The position numbers were made by a program, and so were the translations under genes. Below, one piece after another: positions 19,864 to 30,289 of a DNA stretch of 64,000 bases (position 1 is the first letter of the stretch; each line of letters opens with the position of its first letter). The notes beneath the pieces were generated by a model. That model was not told where the DNA came from. It saw only the letters and a program-made list of their open reading frames with translations, and did no database searches. The stretch is from NCBI GenBank assembly GCA_027859235.1, contig JAQIBE010000263.1, positions 3,568-67,567 on the forward strand, given 5' to 3'. This DNA is from Desulfobulbaceae bacterium. GTDB lineage: Bacteria; Desulfobacterota; Desulfobulbia; Desulfobulbales; SURF-16.

Positions 19864-20466
19864 ATGGAAACCGAAGAGGCCATTACAAGCAGAAGAGCAG
19901 TAAAGCATTATGATCCGGAGTATACCATGGGCGAGGAGGAGAAACAGCTGTTGCTTGAGCTGGCCATGCATTCCCCCACCGCCTTTAATATTCAGAACTG
20001 GCGGTTTCTCGTGGTGGATGAGCCAAAACAGCGGCAACGGCTCTGCGAAGCGGCCGGGGGGCAGCAGCAGGTCCTGGATGCGTCAATGCTCATTGTCCTC
20101 TGTGCGGATCTGCAGGCATGGCAGAAGCAGCCTGAGCGCTATTGGCATAGTGCACCGCAAAAGGTGCAGGACTTTGTCCTGCCGGCCATACATGATTATT
20201 ATGCCGGTAAAGAGCAAACCATGCGGGATGAGGCCATGCGTTCCTGCGGCATTGCCGCCCAGACCCTGATGCTTGCCGCCACCTCCATGGGGTATGAGTC
20301 CTGTCCCATGGACGGTTTTTACTTTGACGAAGTGGCGCGGATTATAAATCTCCCTGCGGATCATATTGTGACGATGTTTGTGGTGATCGGCAAAGGGATA
20401 AAGGAACCGTGGGAACGTCCGGGGCAGCTGCCCCGGGAGGATGTTGTGGTGCAGGATAGGTTTTAG
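19864..20466 (+). CDS. nitroreductase family protein
   Basis: 200 aa; AITSRRAVKHYDPEYTM, MHSPTAFNIQNWRFLVVDEP, GYESCPMDGF. Confidence 0.92.
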   Translation: METEEAITSRRAVKHYDPEYTMGEEEKQLLLELAMHSPTAFNIQNWRFLVVDEPKQRQRLCEAAGGQQQVLDASMLIVLCADLQAWQKQPERYWHSAPQKVQDFVLPAIHDYYAGKEQTMRDEAMRSCGIAAQTLMLAATSMGYESCPMDGFYFDEVARIINLPADHIVTMFVVIGKGIKEPWERPGQLPREDVVVQDRF

Positions 20467-20640
20467 GGACGATTTCTTACCCCTTACTGGTCAAATTCTG
20501 AACAAAATGTCCTCGTGCGGTTGAAAAAGCAGGGTCAAGAACTTGGTGGGGAAGAAAACCCTTTTCCTCATGGGTGGATTACGTTACCTTTGCCCCCCCA
20601 TTTAAAAAAAACCGGGCAATTTTTCAAAGGAAGAGGATTA

Positions 20641-22277
20641 TGACTGAAGCCAGATACGGAATTGGCATTGATACAGGGGGGACCTACACGGATGGTGCCC
20701 TCATTAATCTTGCCGATCAAACGGTTGTCGCCACCGCTAAAAGTGCTACGACTCATTTTGATTTGAGCCACGGTATTGCCCTTTGTTTACGGGATTTATT
20801 CATAAATTCGGAGATTAAGCCGGCGGACATTGATCTTGTGGCGGTGTCAACTACCCTGGCAACCAATGCCGTTGTTGAATCAAAGGGCGATCGTGTCGGT
20901 CTTATTGTCGCCGGTTATGCGCGTCCTCTAGATCTGCCCGTGGTGTCGACCCTCTTTGTCGAAGGGGGTCATACCCTGCAGGGTGATGAGGAGAGACCTT
21001 TGGACCTGGATGCGGTGGTTCGTGCGGTGTCAGAACTCAAGGGCAATGTCGAATCCTATGTGGTTTGTTCGGCCATGTCCATTAAGAATCCCGCTCATGA
21101 GCAGGTAATGGCCAAGGCGGTATCCATGATTGATCCCTTGCCGGTCTTCATGTCCCATGAGGTTTCGTCAAGGGTGGGTGTTGCCGATCGGGCGGCAACA
21201 GCCGTGTTGAATGCCAGGCTGCGCCCGGTTATGGAGAGTTTTCTCCTGGGAATGCAGGATGCCCTGGTGACTCTCGGTATTGCCCGGAGGGTTATGATTA
21301 TTCGCGGTGATGCAACTGCGATGGATATTGTTGATACCCATCGCCAGGCGGCCTCCACCGTTGCCTCAGGGCCGGCTGCCACCGCCTGGTTTGGTCTGAG
21401 CTTTGCCCCGGCGCCAGATGCGGTTATTATTGATATCGGCGGCACGACAACGGATATCACCATGATTAAAGACGGTAAGCCGACCCTTACGGAAGATGGG
21501 AGTCTTATCGGCAAGTGGCAGACCCATGTTGATGCGGTGAAGATGTCCACCGTGGGCGCGGGCGGCGACAGTCATGCCCTTGTGGATCGGTATAACAAGC
21601 TGCAGGTCGGCCCGGATCGGGTGCTGCCGCTCTCCATGGCTGCTGCCACCTCGCCTGCTGACTGGCTTGGAGCAGGGTTGAAGTCGCGGCTGGTCACCAT
21701 TGCCCCTGATTTGACCGAGGAACAGGCCAAGCATGATCCCATCTTGGAGTTTCTTTTTAAGTCCGGCCCCCAGACCCCTGAGATGTTGAAGGAGGAGTTT
21801 GGGATGGGGGAATCCCTCCTTGCCAGTCATATCCGTGAGCTTGTCAAGGGGCAGCTGGCCTTTGAAACCGGCTTCACCCCCACCGATGCGTTGCATGTAT
21901 TGGCTGAGATTGAGCTTGGGGACGTGGGATCGGCTCTTGCCGGCGCCACGGTGCTTGGCGCGGAGCTGGGTCTCTCCCCTGAGGCCTTTGCCCGGGAGGT
22001 TCTGGATCAGTTGAGCCGTAAAATTGAGGTGGCGGTGCTGGATCACATCCTGGCCATTGAGACAGGTAAGACCCTGTCAGCCTTCTATCCCGATTATCGG
22101 AATAATGATGTGATTGCTATGGATTTCAGGGTTAAGCTGCCCTTTGTCGGGATCGGTGCGGTATCGAAATATATCCTGCCCCAGGTCGCCGAACGTCTGG
22201 GCACAACGGTTGTTTTTCCTGACCATTATGAGGTCGGCAATGCCCTTGGCGCTATTTTGATGGCGTCAACGTCTTAG
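20641..22277 (+). CDS. hydantoinase/oxoprolinase family protein
   Basis: ORF 20574-22277; SD GGAAGAGG before ATG at 20641; YGIGIDTGGTYTDGALINL, VVIDIGGTTTDITMI-type motif. Confidence 0.9.
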
Positions 22278-22278
22278 G

Positions 22279-22458
22279 ATGGGTGCTGGACCCCTTGATC
22301 CGGGTGAAGAGCTTGCTGAGTTGAAACTCAAGATCAGCCCAGAGTTGTTTCGGGCCTTTCAGCGCTGCAGTTGGATCATCATCCATGAAACAGGCCGAAC
22401 CCAGCTTGAGGTGATGCAGGAGATGGTGGAGGATTTTCTGGTGAAGCATGGGTGCTGA
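22279..22458 (+). CDS. small 59-aa protein below the supplied ORF cutoff
   Basis: Manual translation MGAGPLDPGEELAELKLKISPELFRAFQRCSWIIIHETGRTQLEVMQEMVEDFLVKHGC*; ATG directly follows the previous TAG stop. Confidence 0.55.
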   Translation: MGAGPLDPGEELAELKLKISPELFRAFQRCSWIIIHETGRTQLEVMQEMVEDFLVKHGC

Positions 22459-22694
22459 AATCTGCGGAAACCCTGGGCGGGATAGCCTGAGGGGTACTTT
22501 GAATAATTAGATTTTTCGGAGTCTACGCTTACCTGTTCAAGATCAAGGCATGCGAGAAAATTTACCGCAGGCATATATTTGATATCGGGGTCTTCACTTC
22601 GTTTCGCTTACCTCCGAGGATAAATTTTCGAGCATAACGCAGAGATTGGACGAAAAAGCAATTATTCAAGGTGGCCTGAGATTTTAAAGCAGGG

Positions 22695-23156
22695 TTACCA
22701 GCCCCAGAGCAGATCCCGTTTTACCCAGCCTTCAATGTTTTCCTCTTCGTGGCGGACCTTGGCCCATCCGGCTTTATGCTGCAATGTTTTAAGCACAACA
22801 CCCCGTTTCGCCTGGCGAATAATCTTATATCTCGTGCCGGCGCCGCTGCGGATATTGATGACCTTATTTTTCACCACAAAATGGGAAGACCGGTCAACGA
22901 GCTTCTTGTATACCCACCCCTTATCATTCTCAAAATCGACAACACGGTACCATTGGCCCTGGGTGCCAATCACCTTCAGTGGATAGCCGCGCCCAAGTTC
23001 CCAGACCACCTTAAAGTTGGAGCCGGGGCCGGAACGCATATTGATCATGTCGGCATTAACGGCCACCATCCTGGCTGATGCTGCGGTGGCAATACCCAGA
23101 AGGGTGAGAGTGAAAAAGAGGGTTGTGATGCGTTTGCGAATCATGCCAAGGTCCAT
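22695..23156 (-). CDS. SH3-domain (bacterial SH3b) exported protein
   Basis: 153 aa; signal peptide; two SH3b repeats (NADMINMRSGPGSNFKVVWELGRGYPLKVI; VKNKVINIRSGAGTRYKII). Confidence 0.88.
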   Translation of the reverse strand: MDLGMIRKRITTLFFTLTLLGIATAASARMVAVNADMINMRSGPGSNFKVVWELGRGYPLKVIGTQGQWYRVVDFENDKGWVYKKLVDRSSHFVVKNKVINIRSGAGTRYKIIRQAKRGVVLKTLQHKAGWAKVRHEEENIEGWVKRDLLWGW

Positions 23157-23470
23157 ATCCTAATGATTTGAGAAAAGAAAATACAATTTACAGAGGGTGC
23201 TGGCAGCTGTCCAGTAAAAAGGTGGATGTTCTGACCTCTTATGTTCTAATGGACTGAATTTACTCTTGGTTTTATGAAGGTATGGCTTGTTTTTTCTTTC
23301 AAGGTTCAATGCTTTTATGCTGCCTGAATTGATTTCCGCCCCATTGTGAACATTTCACATGGACATGGTGAACTATCTGCCCCTTGTGCTGCGGTATAAA
23401 TATCTGACAGTTTTTATTCTGCTGATTGGTAGCATGCTGTCGGCAACAGGTGTTCGCCTTTTTTATAGGG

Positions 23471-24379
23471 TTACTTATTGATCTGCTGGCCCGGTTTTTT
23501 GGCTGTCTGGCGTATATCAGGGGAGTGTACTGGGATTCCACCAATTTGCAATTGAATGGCGCCGAATTGACATCCCTCGTGCATGCAGCGTAAGCAGGTG
23601 ATGCACTCACTGTCATTGGGGGATTCATTGAATTTGACGCCCATGGGACATACGGGGTGGCATTCGTTGCACTTGGTGCATTTGTCCTCGTCTAAAACAA
23701 GCTTGATCATCTTGGCATTTTTGAATAACCCATACCATGCCCCCAGGGGACAGGTGGTGCGGCAAAACGGTCTGGAGGCGATTATTGACCAGATGATAAA
23801 GGCGATCAAAATAACAAGCTTTGAATAGAAGAGGGTGCTGACAACACCCTGCAGGGAGGGCTGGAGCATTAGCATGGGAAGCCCTGCCTCCAATGTGCCG
23901 GCCGGGCAGATGAATTTGCAGAACCAGGGGGAGCCGAGTCCCATTTCACTGACGATGGTGAGGGGGAGAATGAAAACCGTGAGGCCAAGGATAGCGTATT
24001 TGAGAAAGCGTAAGACACGGGGGATGTTGAATTTTCTGGAGGGAATCTTATGGAGCATGTCCTGGAGAAAACCAAAGGGGCAGGCCCAGCCGCAGATCAT
24101 GCGTCCAAAGATTGAACCGAGAATGCCAAGGGCTCCCACCAGATACAGGGCCAGATAGGTCTGGCCGTTGGCCCAGCTCACCCGCACCGAGAGAAGCATT
24201 TGCTGGATGGCGCCAATGGGGCAGGACATGGCTGCTGCCGGGCAGGAATAACAGTTGAGCCCTGGTGAGCAGATAACCTTAAGAGGCCCCTGGTAGATAG
24301 ATTTAGTGAAGGGGAAGGCCCAGTAGCTGTTGGTGATGAAGAGAACCAGGACTTGAAACCACTTGCGATAAAATTCCAT
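23471..24379 (-). CDS. NapH/NosR-like 4Fe-4S membrane protein
   Basis: 302 aa; CSPGLNCYSCPAAAMSCPIGAIQ, GRMICGWACPFGFLQD, CTKCNECHPVCPMGVKFN, CITCLRCMHEGCQFGAI. Confidence 0.9.
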   Translation of the reverse strand: MEFYRKWFQVLVLFITNSYWAFPFTKSIYQGPLKVICSPGLNCYSCPAAAMSCPIGAIQQMLLSVRVSWANGQTYLALYLVGALGILGSIFGRMICGWACPFGFLQDMLHKIPSRKFNIPRVLRFLKYAILGLTVFILPLTIVSEMGLGSPWFCKFICPAGTLEAGLPMLMLQPSLQGVVSTLFYSKLVILIAFIIWSIIASRPFCRTTCPLGAWYGLFKNAKMIKLVLDEDKCTKCNECHPVCPMGVKFNESPNDSECITCLRCMHEGCQFGAIQLQIGGIPVHSPDIRQTAKKPGQQINK

Positions 24380-24543
24380 GGTAGTCTCCTAACCAATACC
24401 TATACAGCTGTAACAAATTCGCCATGCCTGTTCAAGGACTCTGGATGGTTCATCCAGGGAGAGACCAATGGAGAAAAGAACGAGGAATATGGCCAGGATA
24501 ATAAGGGGTAATTTATCTGCTTTAAAATGGGGGGCAATTCGTT

Positions 24544-24864
24544 TCATGAAGATGAGTTTGTTGAATTGTTGAGTAGGGATTGAACCCTGCGGGTTTTGTC
24601 ACCAATGGCCACGTCTCTATCCCGTCTGTCATCAATGGCTATCTGGGTCACAACCCGCTCGGCCCCTGCAGCAAAAGGGATATCATAAATAACCCTGACC
24701 AACCGGAGTAATTCGTCAATGTCGCCTTCGATGACTGTACCCATATCGGTAAGCTGGAATGTTGCCTTTTCCTCTGCAAGTTTTTGTTGTATCTGCGCAA
24801 CAAAGGAAGCCACAGAGGTGGATCCGGTGCCAAGGGGGATGGTGGTTATTTGGAGTAGGGCCAT
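24544..24864 (-). CDS. MTH1187/YkoF-type thiamine-binding-like protein
   Basis: 106 aa; ALLQITTIPLGTGSTSVASFVAQIQQKL, FQLTDMGTVIEGDIDELLRLV. Confidence 0.8.
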   Translation of the reverse strand: MALLQITTIPLGTGSTSVASFVAQIQQKLAEEKATFQLTDMGTVIEGDIDELLRLVRVIYDIPFAAGAERVVTQIAIDDRRDRDVAIGDKTRRVQSLLNNSTNSSS

Positions 24865-25047
24865 GGTTTTTGCTCTGTTAAGGGTGAGAGTAATATAACT
24901 GTAATAACAGTTGTTGACTATATCAGGGTTTTTTGAGTTGTAACGGATAATATTCTCAAGGCGGATGAAACTGTTGTGATCCGCTGCAGGAAAATTTTAG
25001 GGGGAACAGGATTCAAGGGCAAGGGGCTTCTATTGCAGAGCTCATGT

Positions 25048-25596
25048 TCAGCCGGGCACAGTCATTATCTTTTGTAAGGCCTTAGTTTCAGCAATGAGAG
25101 ACTGGATGGTGAGCAGGGCCTCCGTCTGTTGTGTTGCTGAGAGGGTGTTGAAGTGGACCGCTAAAGATTGTAAACGGGTAATGTCCTCCTTGAGTGAATC
25201 GTTTGCCTGGGCAAATTTATTTACCACTGCCGGTTTAAGCTGCAGGGATAACCCTAACCTGTTTAATTGCCGCAGACAATGGCCACAGGTTGATCTTTCA
25301 AAAACCGTATCTGGTTCATCCTGTTCAACGATGGTGACAATATGGGCCATAATCTCCTTGAGCAGGTCGATGACTCCTGCACCGGATACCTTGTTTGCCG
25401 CAAGGTGACATAGCAGTTGTTGTGCCATGGCAACTAATCCTCTGGCATATCTTCTGCTGTGGCAGAAAACGTTGAGAATATCCATGGCAGCCCTGAGGTT
25501 TTCATTTCTTCTTGGGCTCAATGCCCAGTCCGGGGATAATGTCTCAGCCTTGAGGAGCTGGATGCTGTTTAGGAAGGATGGGTCGTTCTGGTCCAT
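25048..25596 (-). CDS. hypothetical protein
   Basis: 182 aa ORF, helical; contains FERSTCGHCLRQLNRLG. Confidence 0.65.
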   Translation of the reverse strand: MDQNDPSFLNSIQLLKAETLSPDWALSPRRNENLRAAMDILNVFCHSRRYARGLVAMAQQLLCHLAANKVSGAGVIDLLKEIMAHIVTIVEQDEPDTVFERSTCGHCLRQLNRLGLSLQLKPAVVNKFAQANDSLKEDITRLQSLAVHFNTLSATQQTEALLTIQSLIAETKALQKIMTVPG

Positions 25597-25696
25597 AACT
25601 TTATGTTGTAATGGTGTATTTTCATTTATAAAAAGGGTATATTATGATTTCTTTTTGCCCATTACCCCTCTTTGCTTAGGAGATATGTAAGAAAAA

Positions 25697-26476
25697 ATGG
25701 ATATTTTTGCTATTGAAATTATTGTTTTTCTTTATGGGGCCATTGTCGGCAGTTTCCTCAATGTTGTTATTCTGAGACTTCCTGAAGAGGGGGCTTCGGT
25801 GATTTTCCCTGCGTCCCATTGCCCCCAATGCCAGACGAGTCTGTCTTGGTATGAGAATATCCCCGTGTTGAGTTATATCGTCCTGAGGGGGAGGTGCCGG
25901 ACGTGCAGGACCCATATCTCCATACAATACCCCTTGGTTGAACTGGCAATGGGTGTGCTTGCTGTTCTGCTTATGGAGAAGTTTACACTAAGTGCTGCCT
26001 TTTTCATTTACTTTGCCTATGTGGCGGCCCTGCTTGTTATTATTGTGATTGATCTGTATCACCAGATTATTCCAGATGTAATTAGCCTGCCCGGCATCCT
26101 CTATGGCCTTCTTGCCTCATTTGTTCTGCCTTGGGTCTCGTGGCAGGACTCGCTTATCGGCCTTCTGGCCGGTGGTGGGACTTTTTATCTAATTGCCCTG
26201 TGTTATTATCTTATAACCAAGAGGCAGGGGATGGGGGGAGGAGATATCAAGCTCCTTGCCATGATTGGTGCCCTGCAGGGCTGGCAGGCGCTGCCCTTTG
26301 TTATTTTCTGCAGCTCATTACTCGGTTCCGTGATAGGCATCGGTGCCATGGTTGTTCAGAAAAAGGGTGGACAATCGAGGATTCCTTACGGGCCTTTTCT
26401 GGCTGTAGCCAGTTTGCTCTATCTCTTTTTTGATCAACAGATCTTGCATTATATGCAGTTATACTTCGGCGGATAG
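25697..26476 (+). CDS. prepilin peptidase (A24 family)
   Basis: 259 aa; GAIVGSFLNVVILRLP, CPQCQTSLSWYENIPVLSYIVLRGRCRTCRTHISIQYPLVE, GGGDIKLLAMIGA. Confidence 0.95.
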   Translation: MDIFAIEIIVFLYGAIVGSFLNVVILRLPEEGASVIFPASHCPQCQTSLSWYENIPVLSYIVLRGRCRTCRTHISIQYPLVELAMGVLAVLLMEKFTLSAAFFIYFAYVAALLVIIVIDLYHQIIPDVISLPGILYGLLASFVLPWVSWQDSLIGLLAGGGTFYLIALCYYLITKRQGMGGGDIKLLAMIGALQGWQALPFVIFCSSLLGSVIGIGAMVVQKKGGQSRIPYGPFLAVASLLYLFFDQQILHYMQLYFGG

Positions 26477-26665
26477 TTCATTGTTTACTGTTCAAGGTTA
26501 CCCTCTTTCTGACGGGTAACCGCAAACCTATGTCTGTCTGTGAATATCGATATTCTCCGGTTCTCTATGTTAAGGAAACCGGCTTGCCGCTGGTAGTTGT
26601 TTAGCCCGAGTTGAGTAAATTGTTTTTTTTACTTGCGTAACTGGGTGAATTTATCCGAGTATTTC

Positions 26666-26694
26666 TTGACACTCTTTTTTCTGACGTGTAAATA
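26666..26694 (+). promoter_or_regulatory. predicted sigma70-type promoter for the DUF4492-cydABX cluster
   Basis: TTGACA (26666-26671), 17-nt spacer, TAAATA (26689-26694). Confidence 0.55.
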
Positions 26695-26738
26695 ACTAAA
26701 AATAGTAATTATTATTAATTAATACGCGGGTAAGAAAT

Positions 26739-26945
26739 ATGCTGTATTCTGTGTATTCCTTTTATCGGAATGGTTTTCGCAGCATGACAGTGGGAAAACG
26801 GCTTTGGCTCATCATAGCATTAAAGTTATTTGTCATGTTTGGGGTGCTGAAGGTGTTTTACTTCCCCAACTATCTAAATACTCAGTTTGATACAGATCAT
26901 GAAAGGACCAACCATGTGATTGAGCAGATCACCATGGTACGTTAG
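26739..26945 (+). CDS. DUF4492 small membrane protein associated with cytochrome bd
   Basis: 68 aa; YSFYRNGFRSMTVGKRLWLIIALKLFVMFGVLKVFYFPNYLN, directly upstream of cydA. Confidence 0.8.
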   Translation: MLYSVYSFYRNGFRSMTVGKRLWLIIALKLFVMFGVLKVFYFPNYLNTQFDTDHERTNHVIEQITMVR

Positions 26946-27020
26946 TGGTTAGTCCAGAAACCGGCGGTGAGTTGCAATGGGTTGGGATATGGCGCCCTCT
27001 TGTAACTTTTCACAAAAAAA

Positions 27021-28571
27021 ATGAAGGAGGGAGTGATGGTTGAACAGATTGATTTTTCGCAGGTGAACTGGGCCCGGGCCCAATTTGCCCTGACTGCGAT
27101 GTATCATTGGATCTTTGTACCATTGACATTGGGGCTGTCGGTTTTGCTCGCATTTTTTGAAACGATCTATGTCAAGACCGGCAATGAAGCGTGGAAGCGG
27201 TTAACAAAATTCTGGATGACACTCTTTGCCATTAATTTTGCCATTGGTGTGGCTACCGGCATTATTCTGGAGTTTCAGTTTGGCACAAACTGGTCAAATT
27301 ATTCCTGGATCGTTGGTGATATCTTTGGCGCCCCCCTGGCCATTGAAGGTATTTTCGCCTTTTTCCTTGAAGCAACCTTTTTTGCCATGATGTTTTTCGG
27401 CTGGGACCGGGTTTCAAAGGGAATGCATCTCTTTTCAACGTGGATGGTGGCTATTGGTGCAAACCTCTCTGCCCTGTGGATTCTTGTCGCCAATGGCTGG
27501 ATGCAGAATCCTGTGGGCATGGAATTCAACCCTGACACGGCCCGTTTTGAAATGGTCAACTTTGCCGAAATTATTTTTAACCCTGTTGCGGTTTCCAAAT
27601 TCACCCACACCACAAGTTCAGGTTTTTTACTGGCCTGTCTCTTTGTGGTGGGCGTTTCTTCATGGTACCTCATGAAGGGGCGTCATCAGCTCATGGCAAA
27701 GCGTTCAATTGTTGTTGCCTCTGTATTCGGGGTCATTGCCGCAGCCTATGTCGGCTTTTCAGGTGATGAGGCGGCCTACGAGGTGAGTCAGCAGCAGCCC
27801 ATGAAGCTTGCGGCCATGGAGGGGTTATATGAAGGTGAGGTCAATGCCGGTCTCGTTGCCCTGGGTGTGATCAATTCTAAGAAGATTGCTGGTGATACCC
27901 AGGAACCATTCATCTTTTCCGTAAAGATCCCTTATGCCTTGTCCCTTCTTGCCAATCGCGAGCTGGGTTCTTTTGTGCCCGGTATTGATGATCTGGTCTT
28001 TGGTAATGAGGAGCAGGGGATCGAGAGTGGAGCCAGTCGTATTGCCAAAGGCAAGCAGGCCATTGCCGCCCTGGCCGCCTATAAAGAGGCGCGGAATAAT
28101 CATGATGACGTGGCAAGTCAGCAGGCCCTGGGTCAGTTTGACGCCTATAAGTCCAACCTTGGTTACGGCTATCTGGAGTCAGGTGCTGATGCTGTTCCCC
28201 CTGTGGCCACAACCTTTTATGCCTTTCATATCATGGTGGCACTTGGCACCTTGTTCCCGCTGATCTTCATAGTTCTCCTCTACTATATCTATAAGGGTGA
28301 GCTTGAAAATGCGGGGTGGCTCCATATTGTCGGGTTGTGCTGTATTCCCCTGGCCTGGATTGCCTCTGAGACTGGCTGGGTTGTTGCCGAAGTTGGGCGT
28401 CAGCCCTGGGCTATTCAGGGACTCTTGCCGGTGCAGGTGGCCAACACGAATTTGACAACCGGCACCATCCAGACCACGTTCTTCATGTTTCTCTTTTTGT
28501 TTACCCTGCTTATTATTGCCGAGTTTAAGATCATGTTGACCCAAATTAAAAAAGGCCCGGAGGAAGACTAA
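27021..28571 (+). CDS. cydA: cytochrome bd ubiquinol oxidase subunit I
   Basis: 516 aa; NWARAQFALTAMYHWIFVPLTLGLS, GWVVAEVGRQPWAIQGLLP. Confidence 0.96.
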   Translation: MKEGVMVEQIDFSQVNWARAQFALTAMYHWIFVPLTLGLSVLLAFFETIYVKTGNEAWKRLTKFWMTLFAINFAIGVATGIILEFQFGTNWSNYSWIVGDIFGAPLAIEGIFAFFLEATFFAMMFFGWDRVSKGMHLFSTWMVAIGANLSALWILVANGWMQNPVGMEFNPDTARFEMVNFAEIIFNPVAVSKFTHTTSSGFLLACLFVVGVSSWYLMKGRHQLMAKRSIVVASVFGVIAAAYVGFSGDEAAYEVSQQQPMKLAAMEGLYEGEVNAGLVALGVINSKKIAGDTQEPFIFSVKIPYALSLLANRELGSFVPGIDDLVFGNEEQGIESGASRIAKGKQAIAALAAYKEARNNHDDVASQQALGQFDAYKSNLGYGYLESGADAVPPVATTFYAFHIMVALGTLFPLIFIVLLYYIYKGELENAGWLHIVGLCCIPLAWIASETGWVVAEVGRQPWAIQGLLPVQVANTNLTTGTIQTTFFMFLFLFTLLIIAEFKIMLTQIKKGPEED

Positions 28572-28572
28572 A

Positions 28573-29712
28573 ATGATAGGGAATTTGGATTACTCGACAC
28601 TGCAGCAGTTGTGGTGGCTTATTACTTCAGTTGTTGGTTCATTGTTTGTCTTTCTCCTTTTTGTGCAGGGCGGACAATCCATGCTCTTTACCTTGCCCCA
28701 CTCCGCTGAGGAAAAGAGTTTAATAGTCAACTCCATTGGCCGTAAATGGGAGATGACGTTTACCACGCTGGTGCTTTTCGGGGGGGCGCTCTTTGCGGCC
28801 TTCCCGAAGTTTTACGCCACCAGTTTTGGCGGGGCGTACTGGGTGTGGATGCTGATTCTCTTCACCTTTATTATTCAGGCCGTATCCTACGAGTATCGTT
28901 CAAAGCCCAATAATTTTTTGGGCACCAGAACCTATGATCTCTTCCTCTTTATTAATGGCACAGTGGGCGTGCTTCTCATTGGTGCTGCAGTAGGAACATT
29001 TTTTACCGGGGCAGACTTTGCCCTGAATGAATATAATTCGGTGACATGGCAAACTCCGACCCGGGGTCTTGAGGCGGCGTCAAACCTGTTCAATCTCTCC
29101 TTCGGACTGTTTCTGGTCTTTCTGGGCCGGACCCTTGGCGGGATGTATCTCGTGAATAATATTCGCCATGCCGCTTTAAATGCCAGGAGCCGCAAATCAG
29201 TCTTGATCAATTTCCTGATCATGCTGCCGTTTCTGCTCTTTGTGGTGCTCAGTCTCGTCACCATGGACGGGTATGCGTTAAACCCTGAAACCTCTGAAAT
29301 ATTCATGGAGAAGGGGAAGTATCTGCACAATCTGTTGTCCATGCCGTTGCTCCTGGTCTTCCTCCTGGCAGGGCTCGGCCTTGTAATTTACGGTGTGGTG
29401 GCCACCTGCTTTAAAAACTCCGACCGGGGTATTTGGTTTGCAGGGGTTGGTACCGTGCTCACGGCCCTGGCCATTTTCCTTACAGCTGGCTATGGCAACA
29501 CCGCTTTTTATCCATCCTATGCCGACCTGCAGTCAAGTTTGACGATCTATAATGCCTCTTCGTCCAAGTTTACCCTGACGGTGATGAGCTATGTCGGTCT
29601 GGGTATTCCTTTTGTGCTGGCCTATGTTGCCTATGTCTGGAAGCTCATGGATAATAAGAAGATGGATGTGAATGAGTTAATCAACAGTGAAAGTGCTGAA
29701 GAATTCTATTAA
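28573..29712 (+). CDS. cydB: cytochrome bd ubiquinol oxidase subunit II
   Basis: 379 aa; immediately downstream of cydA; LQQLWWLITSVVGSLFVFLLFVQGGQSML. Confidence 0.95.
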   Translation: MIGNLDYSTLQQLWWLITSVVGSLFVFLLFVQGGQSMLFTLPHSAEEKSLIVNSIGRKWEMTFTTLVLFGGALFAAFPKFYATSFGGAYWVWMLILFTFIIQAVSYEYRSKPNNFLGTRTYDLFLFINGTVGVLLIGAAVGTFFTGADFALNEYNSVTWQTPTRGLEAASNLFNLSFGLFLVFLGRTLGGMYLVNNIRHAALNARSRKSVLINFLIMLPFLLFVVLSLVTMDGYALNPETSEIFMEKGKYLHNLLSMPLLLVFLLAGLGLVIYGVVATCFKNSDRGIWFAGVGTVLTALAIFLTAGYGNTAFYPSYADLQSSLTIYNASSSKFTLTVMSYVGLGIPFVLAYVAYVWKLMDNKKMDVNELINSESAEEFY

Positions 29713-29725
29713 TGAGGATTGGACT

Positions 29726-29821
29726 ATGATGACTGTTATATTGCTGGGCAGTTGGGTCGGTGTACTGGTTGTTTCCCTGGGTGCCTCCCTGATTGTTTTG
29801 AAGAAATTTGATTTATTGTAA
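29726..29821 (+). CDS. CydX-like single-TM peptide (31 aa), below the supplied ORF cutoff
   Basis: Manual translation MMTVILLGSWVGVLVVSLGASLIVLKKFDLL*; 13 nt after cydB stop; GAGG upstream; one TM helix. Confidence 0.75.
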   Translation: MMTVILLGSWVGVLVVSLGASLIVLKKFDLL

Positions 29822-29840
29822 GGTTGTCTTTATGCAGTGA

Positions 29841-29878
29841 AAATGCCCTGGTGCCTGAAAAGCACAGGGCATTTTTTT
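29841..29878 (+). terminator. intrinsic terminator of the cyd operon
   Basis: AAATGCCCTGGTGC-ctgaaaa-GCACAGGGCATTTTTTT. Confidence 0.8.
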
Positions 29879-30131
29879 ATGGAAATGGGTAGATATGGTT
29901 TATTTTTCTAGACAGGCGGCCTTTGATATGGTCTATACTGCTCGTTTGCAGTTTTTAAAAAAAAGAGACCTGTGCTGGACAGTTGCGGGTGACTTGATTC
30001 ACCGTGCTTAGGTTTTGTAAACTGTATTTATTCAGAGGGTGCCGCCCAAATGGGAGCATCCACAGGAAGAAGACGACTGCCTGATACTTCCTGAACTGAA
30101 CGTTATCTATCTACATTATTGAGGATTCACC

Positions 30132-30269
30132 ATGAGTAAACGTACTTTTCAACCATCCAATGTTAAACGTGCCCGTACCCACGGTTTTCGTAAGCGTATG
30201 TCCACTAAGGCTGGACGTTCTATTATTAATTCACGTCGGGCAAAAGGTCGTAAACGTCTTTCCTGCTAG
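30132..30269 (+). CDS. rpmH: 50S ribosomal protein L34, below the supplied ORF cutoff
   Basis: Manual translation [45 protein letters not shown]. Confidence 0.97.
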   Translation: MSKRTFQPSNVKRARTHGFRKRMSTKAGRSIINSRRAKGRKRLSC

Positions 30270-30289
30270 TGGTGATTTACGCATGAAGG

